A stretch of DNA of 64,000 nt from Candidatus Thorarchaeota archaeon (GTDB lineage Archaea; Asgardarchaeota; Thorarchaeia; Thorarchaeales; Thorarchaeaceae): the NCBI GenBank assembly GCA_048882325.1, contig JBHLRS010000002.1, positions 32,001-96,000 of the forward strand. The letters run 5' to 3'. The number at the start of each line of letters is the position of its first letter. The first letter of the stretch is position 1. Positions 56,986-64,000 of the stretch are shown here, piece by piece. The notes under the pieces are model-generated. The model ran no database searches, was not told where the DNA came from, and saw only the letters and a program-made list of their open reading frames with translations. Made by a program: the position numbers and the translations under genes.

Positions 56986-57591
56986 ATGCCACGTCCACAG
57001 CCAAAGACAAAGATAGAGAACGTTGTAGCTTCTGTGATTCTTAATCAACGACTCGACCTCGACGAGATTGCGGCCACCATGCCAAATGTCGAGTTTGATC
57101 CTGAGCAATTCCCAGGTCTGGTGTACCGTCTGAAGAAACCCAAGACAGCCACACTGATTTTCAACTCAGGAAAGATGGTGTGCACCGGAGCAAAGAGCGA
57201 GAAGGAAGCAAAACGTGCAGTTCACAAGATTGTGAAGAACATCAAGGAAGCTGGTATTGAGATCACCGGCAAACCAATCATTGTTGTTCAGAACATTGTT
57301 GCCAGTGCAAGTCTGGGAGCAGAACTCAATCTTGAGCTTGCAGCCATGAAGCTCGAGAATACACTTTACGAACCGGAGCAGTTTCCAGGGCTTATCTACA
57401 GGATGCGAGATCCTAAGGTTGTCATTCTGCTGTTCGGTTCAGGAAAGCTCGTCATCACTGGTGCCAAATTCGAGCCACAGATCGATGAAGCAGCTGAGAA
57501 AGTGATGGACCGTCTTCTTGAGTTAGGAGTCATGAGGATCCCAGAAGGTGAAGATTGGGGTCTCGAGGACTACGAAGAAGAAGACTGGTAA
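56986..57591 (+). CDS. tbp: TATA-box binding protein
   Basis: Two repeats IENVVAS/VQNIVAS...PEQFPGL.YR...SGK.V.TGAK; acidic tail. Confidence 0.97.
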   Translation: MPRPQPKTKIENVVASVILNQRLDLDEIAATMPNVEFDPEQFPGLVYRLKKPKTATLIFNSGKMVCTGAKSEKEAKRAVHKIVKNIKEAGIEITGKPIIVVQNIVASASLGAELNLELAAMKLENTLYEPEQFPGLIYRMRDPKVVILLFGSGKLVITGAKFEPQIDEAAEKVMDRLLELGVMRIPEGEDWGLEDYEEEDW

Positions 57592-57595
57592 AATG

Positions 57596-57636
57596 AGATG
57601 AGTTCCCGGTCTTAGCCGGGAACATCTGCTATTTTT
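57596..57636 (+). terminator. Hairpin plus T-run after tbp
   Basis: GTTCCCGG-tcttag-CCGGGAAC (57602-57623) followed by ATTTTT. Confidence 0.6.
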
Positions 57637-57709
57637 ATGACAGCAACCAGATTCACAAGATTTTTCATATGGATGCAACTTAATTGATGGAAACTGTGGA
57701 GGAGAGAGT

Positions 57710-58576
57710 ATGAAGAAAACTATAGTTGCAATAATCGTAATCCTATGCTTGGGACTGACTACCCTATCTACGGATATTGGTCAAGCGTTCTGTCCGGGTA
57801 GCGAGTGGTCTGACGACTTCAACGATGGTAATATTGATGGATGGACTGTGCAAGGATATAATACCACAGATAATCCTCCAACACAACTCCCAGGAAATTT
57901 CACTGCAGATGATTATAGCCTCCGAGCATACGATGATGGAACAAACCAAGCGTATCGTACTAGTATAGTGGCGTATGGCTCGTGGGAATTCGATCTCCAT
58001 TCAGTACCTACTACCAATAATCATAGCTATATAGCGTTTGTATCAGGCCCCGCGGTTGAGATAACAGGTAGTCCAGGTTGGGAGGCATCGGTGCCATATG
58101 AGTATGGTATAGCAGTTGTTAATGGTCAGTTTGCTAGTTTCAATAACACATTCGTACTCTATCGGCGAAATCAAGGAAACTTGAACATAATTCCATTGGG
58201 ACAGTATCATGTGAATGAGATGACCGGGTGGCATAAAGTCAACATCACAAGAAACCTTGAGGGGAACTTTGAAGTTTACTTCAATAACACTCTGGGAATC
58301 ACAGCAGTTGAAGACACGTATACTACATCTGAGATCTTTTCGTTCTATACCTTAGCTGGTTATGCACTAGATAACATTGTCGTGGAACCCCATCCTGGAC
58401 TGATAATTACAACCTATTCATGTACAACTACATCTACAAGCACTACTACTTCATCAACGACCACTCCTTCAACCAATGGAGGTGGCCAACTACCTGACAT
58501 GACACTACTCCTAATTGCTGGAGGAGGAATTGTTGTAGTTGTGATTCTAGTTGTGCTTGTCAGGTCGAAGAGATAA
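57710..58576 (+). CDS. Secreted beta-sandwich (concanavalin-like?) protein with Thr/Ser linker and C-terminal TM anchor
   Basis: Signal peptide; WSDDFNDG, WHKVNITR, LDNIVV; TTTSTSTTTSS linker; TM plus RSKR. Confidence 0.7.
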   Translation: MKKTIVAIIVILCLGLTTLSTDIGQAFCPGSEWSDDFNDGNIDGWTVQGYNTTDNPPTQLPGNFTADDYSLRAYDDGTNQAYRTSIVAYGSWEFDLHSVPTTNNHSYIAFVSGPAVEITGSPGWEASVPYEYGIAVVNGQFASFNNTFVLYRRNQGNLNIIPLGQYHVNEMTGWHKVNITRNLEGNFEVYFNNTLGITAVEDTYTTSEIFSFYTLAGYALDNIVVEPHPGLIITTYSCTTTSTSTTTSSTTTPSTNGGGQLPDMTLLLIAGGGIVVVVILVVLVRSKR

Positions 58577-58580
58577 GAAA

Positions 58581-58629
58581 GGAGGAGGTTGATGTGGCTT
58601 TTGATTAATCAGGAAGTCAAAGCTCCTCC
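58581..58629. terminator. Long imperfect hairpin between convergent genes
   Basis: GGAGGAG...CTCCTCC outer stem with an inner imperfect stem. Confidence 0.4.
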
Positions 58630-58631
58630 AA

Positions 58632-59723
58632 TCATTTCTTCTTTGGTTTCTTCTGAGTTTTCTTACTTTTTGACTTTGACTTCTGTTTCACTGTCGAGGA
58701 CTTGGTCTTGGTCTTGTCCTTTGACTTGATACTCTTCTGTGTTGAAACTATCTCTTTGTTTGCTGCTGCAGCATAGAGTTCGACAGTTGCGGCCTTGTCT
58801 TCGTCGTAGACAGAACTAAGTCTCTTAATCTCCTGAATCTGTTCTTTTCGAACCATCTTCGCACCTAGTCTTTTGGCTAGCTTGAGAATCCTGACCGTTG
58901 AACGTTTCTGCATAGCTTCATTGAACATAATAACTGGAAGAATGAACGCCATCACGAAGAATGGAAGACCAATTGTCCAAAGAGTTCCTGTTATGATTTG
59001 GATAAGTGCTTGCTCTGTAGACAGGGGATTTAATTCCAGCCACGGAACGATGAGTGGTTCGTAGAAGTGATTCAGGAACATTGTGATGGGAAAAGCGAGT
59101 AAAGCATATCCACCAAGCATATTTGCGATCCATCGACCAACCCCTTGCGTATCCGGTGTCTGACGAAGATCTAATCGATCAGATTTCAGATGTGTGACCA
59201 CTCCTGCATCGTTCAAGACCCATGTTGGCATGAAAAGGAGTAATGCAATCGGTACTGCAAGCAATGCACTCATGAGTGATACTACAACAGGAAATAGTGT
59301 GGCAAACTCTGAGGGAGGTACATATCCAGCACCAAATAGATAGTTCCTTAGTGGTAGCCTAAATAATTCGGCAGAAGCAACTGCGAACAGCGCTGGAGCA
59401 GCAGCTCTACGAACCAGTTGAGTTCCACCAAACTCCCTACCTATATTCATGATATTGAGTTCATACCTTGTCGATTTGACAATCTTTGTACCAACCAATA
59501 GAACAACCGCAATTGGAACTGCAAAGATGTAGTACTCGAGAAACAGAATCGGAAAAGCTATCAGCATGATTGTGAGAATGTCAGTTCCGAGCGTGTTAGA
59601 TAGTGTATCTGGAATCAATTCTATGTGAGGCATTCCCTCGGTAATAGTCAGAATCAATTGTATAGTGACTAGCATACCCAGAAGGAACATTAAGACTGGC
59701 GTTGCGAATCGTCTAGCTCCCAT
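58632..59723 (-). CDS. Membrane protein (about 5-6 TM) with Lys/Ser-rich C-terminal tail
   Basis: Hydropathy; tail KSKDKTKTKSSTVKQKSKSKSKKTQKKPKKK. Confidence 0.7.
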   Translation of the reverse strand: MGARRFATPVLMFLLGMLVTIQLILTITEGMPHIELIPDTLSNTLGTDILTIMLIAFPILFLEYYIFAVPIAVVLLVGTKIVKSTRYELNIMNIGREFGGTQLVRRAAAPALFAVASAELFRLPLRNYLFGAGYVPPSEFATLFPVVVSLMSALLAVPIALLLFMPTWVLNDAGVVTHLKSDRLDLRQTPDTQGVGRWIANMLGGYALLAFPITMFLNHFYEPLIVPWLELNPLSTEQALIQIITGTLWTIGLPFFVMAFILPVIMFNEAMQKRSTVRILKLAKRLGAKMVRKEQIQEIKRLSSVYDEDKAATVELYAAAANKEIVSTQKSIKSKDKTKTKSSTVKQKSKSKSKKTQKKPKKK

Positions 59724-59796
59724 TGTTATGACCTCGTCTTGGCATACGCGGGAGCATGTTAATGTTATGGATTCTCAATCAGAGTTTTGAAGTATC

Positions 59797-60969
59797 CTAG
59801 AACAACCCCAACATCTGCCAGAGTGGTGGAATGCACACAATCAAAATGAACATAGCGAGCACAAAAAGTGCGATACGCCAATTCGAGATCTTCACAGTAT
59901 CATTCAATGGTCCAGGATGACCGCCACCAGAGGATATTGCCAGAATTAGGATTGCCATCAGATAGTATCCAGTGAGCAGCATGATCAATAGTGCCACCCA
60001 TCCAATCTGCTTATGCCACTTTGGTCCAACAATCGCCCTGAGAGCATGACCACCATCAAGCTGAGCAATTGGGAAAAGATTCAGTGCAGTAACAAGCATA
60101 CCCACCCATGCTGCAAATGCAATGGGATGCATATAGAGAGTACCACCTGGGGGAATGAAGTCAATGAAGAGAAAGCCAACCAATGTAAAGAGGAAGGGTG
60201 TGGCTAGTTCGCCAGACATCCCTGGGAATGCATCCTCGATTGCAATAAGTTCCTGAGCTGTTACTGGTACAGACAGCAGATATCCAAAGAAGAGGACAAC
60301 TAGAGTGACACAAAATCCAGCTAGGGGACCTGCAAGTCCCATATCAATCAGTTCCTCTCTGTTGTTTGGCGGGCTCTTCTGGGAAATGAATGCACCAAAG
60401 GTACCTCCAATCTGTGGTAGTCCAGGAATGAAATATGGAAGCGTCGCTTCGATACCCTTTCTTTTACACATCAGGTAGTGTCCCATTTCATGGGTAAATA
60501 TAATCCCCATCAGTGCTAAAATGAACGTGATGGTTACAAAAGCGATGTCTAAATAGGTCCACCCGGCAGGATAGAATAGAGAAAGGAATACCGGGCTTGT
60601 AGCTTGGAGAAGACCACCAATAGCCATAGTAGCCAGGGTAGTCACGAACAAAGCATAGTTGATACGTCTGTTACTCGGTCCCGGCTTTTGGATTGGAACG
60701 AACCGGATGAAATACTCACCCTCAGCCTTGTTCTTCCATCGGACAAGTGGCCAGACTTTGAGTGGCTTTGTTAAATTTGTGAGTTCCTTGAATACCTCAT
60801 CCTGCATTTCATTGGTTGATTCAATGCCTACTCGCCACTTTACAATGAATGTAGGCATTCCAAACTCAAGGACATTTGTGACAATTTCAAAATGCAGAGC
60901 AAGAATATCACTCAATTCTGCAAATGTCGGGTAGGTAATGACAGTTGGAACTTCGTCACCGAAAGCCAC
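59797..60969 (-). CDS. Site-2 protease (M50) family intramembrane metalloprotease
   Basis: HEMGH, LPYFIP, GTFGA, AGPLAG, LNLFP..QLDGGH. Confidence 0.92.
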   Translation of the reverse strand: MAFGDEVPTVITYPTFAELSDILALHFEIVTNVLEFGMPTFIVKWRVGIESTNEMQDEVFKELTNLTKPLKVWPLVRWKNKAEGEYFIRFVPIQKPGPSNRRINYALFVTTLATMAIGGLLQATSPVFLSLFYPAGWTYLDIAFVTITFILALMGIIFTHEMGHYLMCKRKGIEATLPYFIPGLPQIGGTFGAFISQKSPPNNREELIDMGLAGPLAGFCVTLVVLFFGYLLSVPVTAQELIAIEDAFPGMSGELATPFLFTLVGFLFIDFIPPGGTLYMHPIAFAAWVGMLVTALNLFPIAQLDGGHALRAIVGPKWHKQIGWVALLIMLLTGYYLMAILILAISSGGGHPGPLNDTVKISNWRIALFVLAMFILIVCIPPLWQMLGLF

Positions 60970-61056
60970 TATGGTCGTTTCTCCCAGTCGTCTTGACTCA
61001 GTGAAAGTCCCTGTTGAACGAATTTAAGGATAACCGCTGAGGCAGGTTCTTATTCC

Positions 61057-61896
61057 TCACCCATAGAACTGGAACCAGTGGCTCAGTGTTCGTTCTGCAA
61101 ATCGCTCTGCACCTTCTGAAATTGCTTCAGGGACCATACCCTCCTCAATGAACTGAGTGACTGTCAATCCCATGCTTGTAGCGTCTTCTACATTGGCTCT
61201 TAGATCCATAAGAGCCTGAATGTATCCCTCAAGCTCATCAGGACCACAGACGGGACCATGGCCCGGGACAATCGTTTCGAGACCCATGTCAAGAACTTCT
61301 TCGAGTGCCATGATCCACCTATCTGGATCACAGGTCGGATCGCCACCATAAGGAAACATCCCACTGAATATCAGGTCTCCAATAAAGATTAGATTATGAG
61401 GATGAGAGATTATAGTAGATGAACCAGCGGTATGTCCGCCGAGAAGCTTCACTGAGACCTCCTCATTGTTCCCAAGAAAGAGGTGATTCTTAAAGACAAC
61501 ATCAGGAAGTCGAATCGAGAGGTCTTGGACCGCATTCCATAGCTCTGGTCGTTCATCCTTGATAGAGTCATAATTCTTCCTCAGGGTTTCAGCCGCCCAG
61601 TCCCCCTTGATGTTTTCTTCACATCGGTTTCGCATTGGCAGTGACGCAATGAGACTCACTGGCTCAAATGCCTGCGCACCAAACACATGATCACTATGAG
61701 AGTGAGTGAACACAATTTTGAGGATTGGTTTACCGGTTTCCTTCTCCAGGTACTCCTTCGTTTCTCGACTCTTCGGATGAATCATTCCAGCGTCAATCAT
61801 GATGACTTCATCTTCCAGAACAATAGCTCCATGGTTTCCCCCATTCGAACCATCAGTGCATACATAAATTCCATCCATCAGTTTCTGGAGAGTCAT
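61057..61896 (-). CDS. Metallo-beta-lactamase fold hydrolase
   Basis: THSHSDHVFG, GHT, FIGD, VPGHG; likely ATG 61896. Confidence 0.88.
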   Translation of the reverse strand: MTLQKLMDGIYVCTDGSNGGNHGAIVLEDEVIMIDAGMIHPKSRETKEYLEKETGKPILKIVFTHSHSDHVFGAQAFEPVSLIASLPMRNRCEENIKGDWAAETLRKNYDSIKDERPELWNAVQDLSIRLPDVVFKNHLFLGNNEEVSVKLLGGHTAGSSTIISHPHNLIFIGDLIFSGMFPYGGDPTCDPDRWIMALEEVLDMGLETIVPGHGPVCGPDELEGYIQALMDLRANVEDATSMGLTVTQFIEEGMVPEAISEGAERFAERTLSHWFQFYG

Positions 61897-62107
61897 ATAC
61901 CAACGATGACAAATCTTCCAGATATACTTGTTCACTCAAAGGCTATAATGTCAAAGTCCATAGACGGCTCAAAATCACTTTATTCGACCATCTCCAAACC
62001 CAACCTGAGCTGTTCCAGAGCTGGTATATCTTTTTGGGAGTTCATCTATGCGTAAGGATATAACACATTCAAATCCTAAGAAACAATAGTTAACAGGAGT
62101 AAAAGAA

Positions 62108-62455
62108 ATGGCAGAAACAAGGGAAGAACTAGCCTCACTCACCTGTGTGCCTTGTAGAGGCGGCACTCCACCAATGGAGGGTGACAAGATCAAACTGATG
62201 ATGTATATCGTACCTGGATGGACAAAATCCGAGGGTGAGATTGACAAGATTGAGAAGACCTTCAAATTCAAGGATTTTGCAGAAGCTATGGCATTTGTGA
62301 ATAAAGTCGCTGAAATAGCTGAAGAGCAAGGACACCACCCGGACATATTCATTCAATGGAACAAGGTCACTCTGACGCTCTGGACACATGCGATCAAGGG
62401 ACTATACGATAACGACTTCATTCTTGCTGCAAAGATTGATGAACTAATCAGTTGA
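62108..62455 (+). CDS. Pterin-4-alpha-carbinolamine dehydratase
   Basis: CVPC, FKFKDF, AEEQGHHPDI, WTH..KGL..NDFILAAKID. Confidence 0.92.
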   Translation: MAETREELASLTCVPCRGGTPPMEGDKIKLMMYIVPGWTKSEGEIDKIEKTFKFKDFAEAMAFVNKVAEIAEEQGHHPDIFIQWNKVTLTLWTHAIKGLYDNDFILAAKIDELIS

Positions 62456-64000
62456 TGGTCGCTTAAACCAGCAGACAATCCCACCGAAAAGAATCACTCC
62501 ACCGGAAATTGTTGCTACTACGGTTAAAGTCATGATACTCAGTGGAAATGCCCAGAGGAGTGTCAGAAATGATGTCACGAGAGTCATGAGTACAGCAACC
62601 ACTATGCCGTAACGAATGACTTCTCCTTCGATTCCTATCTCATCAATGACAGCAGCAGCATTCTGAATCTTTGCAGGACTGAGAACGCTTGCAAGCCCTC
62701 CACCAATACCATTTGATGCAGCAACGTGAACAGCGCTTGCGTTAATTATGGTACTCGTTTCTACATGATATCTCGTGAACATTGCAATAGCTGAGGTCTC
62801 TGATCCAGAAATGAATCCGCCAAGCAATCCCATGAATGGTGCTAGTAGTGGATATAGAAGCCCAATTCCAGCTGTAAGTGATGCAAGCAGATAGATCATG
62901 TTGTTGGTAGGATCCAAACCCGGTGACGATGTAGGATTTAACCAAACACCACCGGAATCAACAGCCCAACCACTAAAATTCATTACATCAGCCATTGCGA
63001 AAAAGATTGCTGCTGCAACAACTGGTCGAGGTGCTCTTTTCAAGAAGCTGACCATTGTTCGTTTCAGTACATTCGCATTAGTCTTGAGGAATGGCATTGA
63101 CACAAAGGTTGCAATAAGCATCAAGGTATAAGCCTGCCAGAGAAATCGGGTTCTAATCACACTAGGATAACCTCCAATTTGCACTGGGAAGGCAAGGTCA
63201 ACAAACATTAGTTGGAAGATTTGTGGTATCATATTTGTAACAAGACTTAGCATCACAAGCACAACCCATGGAATACTCGCTCGATATATGCTCATACCAT
63301 TCTCAACTTCGATGTCCTTCTCTTCAAGCGTGCTTCTGTCTAGAATTGGTTTTCCTCGTACCTTATTGAAAATGAAAAGAACAAGAAGAACAGCCGCACC
63401 TGCAAATACATTTGTCAATGTAGTAAGTGGAAGTATAACATTACAGACAATCGCCATACCTCCTGCAGTAAGCCCGCACAAACTAGCTAGAACAACTCCA
63501 TCTCGGCTGAGTAGAAGCTTTCGACCTCCTGCAATCCAAAGCATGGATATAGCTATCCCTATACTAACGAGTGGCATGAACCAAGCAAAGACTGAGCCAG
63601 CTTCCTGCAGCGTTATGCTTTCAGTAGCCCAGGCACTATATTCTCCTGTGAACACAACAGCGGGAACTCCTAGTAGTGCAAAGGTTGTGAGAGGATCATA
63701 ACCGATTGACGGAAGTGCAACAGCAACCATAGGGGAGAAACCAAGTGCCAACATTACGGGAGGAAGCATAGATACGGGGGTAGCTCCTATTCCTACTAGA
63801 AAGAGACCGAGTCCAAAGCTAATCATTAGTATCTGCATTGGTCTACTGCCTCCGCCTAAAGTTTTGAAGAATACAATCAACCTCTGAAGAGCTCCAACCT
63901 CTTGCATGTAGGTCATCATCAATATCGAAGTAGCGACCATCAACGAGATGGGAAATGACTTGACAATGCCAGCGACGCTTGCAGTGATAGCTATGCCAAC
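62444..64000 (-). CDS. L-lactate permease family transporter, 5' end beyond window
   Basis: Multi-TM; GFISGSETSAIAMF and LSPAKIQNA motifs; frame open to base 64000. Confidence 0.8.
   Translation of the reverse strand, partial: VGIAITASVAGIVKSFPISLMVATSILMMTYMQEVGALQRLIVFFKTLGGGSRPMQILMISFGLGLFLVGIGATPVSMLPPVMLALGFSPMVAVALPSIGYDPLTTFALLGVPAVVFTGEYSAWATESITLQEAGSVFAWFMPLVSIGIAISMLWIAGGRKLLLSRDGVVLASLCGLTAGGMAIVCNVILPLTTLTNVFAGAAVLLVLFIFNKVRGKPILDRSTLEEKDIEVENGMSIYRASIPWVVLVMLSLVTNMIPQIFQLMFVDLAFPVQIGGYPSVIRTRFLWQAYTLMLIATFVSMPFLKTNANVLKRTMVSFLKRAPRPVVAAAIFFAMADVMNFSGWAVDSGGVWLNPTSSPGLDPTNNMIYLLASLTAGIGLLYPLLAPFMGLLGGFISGSETSAIAMFTRYHVETSTIINASAVHVAASNGIGGGLASVLSPAKIQNAAAVIDEIGIEGEVIRYGIVVAVLMTLVTSFLTLLWAFPLSIMTLTVVATISGGVILFGGIVCWFKRPSTD

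Noticed and set aside
58405-58475. ACT/ACA-rich low-complexity tract as a DNA repeat element
   Set aside because: Explained by the Thr/Ser linker codons of the surface protein.
1-64000. CRISPR arrays, rRNA, tRNA, transposases, integrases
   Set aside because: No regularly spaced repeats, cloverleaf/T-loop signatures or mobile-element motifs seen by eye. A tRNAscan/Infernal run would be needed to exclude small RNAs.

Overview
A gene-dense chromosomal segment (about 50 genes) from an archaeon, most likely an Asgard archaeon of Thorarchaeia type. This assignment is inferred from TBP, F420-dependent Mtd and archaeal AsnRS occurring together with eukaryotic-signature-like proteins: three longin/uDENN proteins, a gelsolin-like protein, a Rab-like G domain, and RING/PHD-like and C2H2 fingers. 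I found no rRNA, tRNA, CRISPR array, transposase or integrase by eye. The most interesting candidate systems are four. (1) Two paralogous longin-winged-helix proteins (NPRL2/GATOR1-like architecture, one with an extra roadblock-like domain); the second overlaps a MinD/ParA-type ATPase gene (23.5-26.6 kb). (2) A candidate arsenic regulon: a Cys-rich PadR divergent from an unannotated 46-aa Cys-rich ORF and arsM, with three TATTGG-N4-CCAATA boxes over both predicted promoters (54.6-56.9 kb). (3) A stand-alone, enlarged NurA-HerA pair with no mre11/rad50 in the window. (4) A type VII ABC operon followed by an M23-like peptidase. Three apparently inactivated enzymes (glycogen debranching enzyme, histidine phosphatase, small GTPase) are also present. 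All family calls come from motif recognition by eye; no database searches were run.
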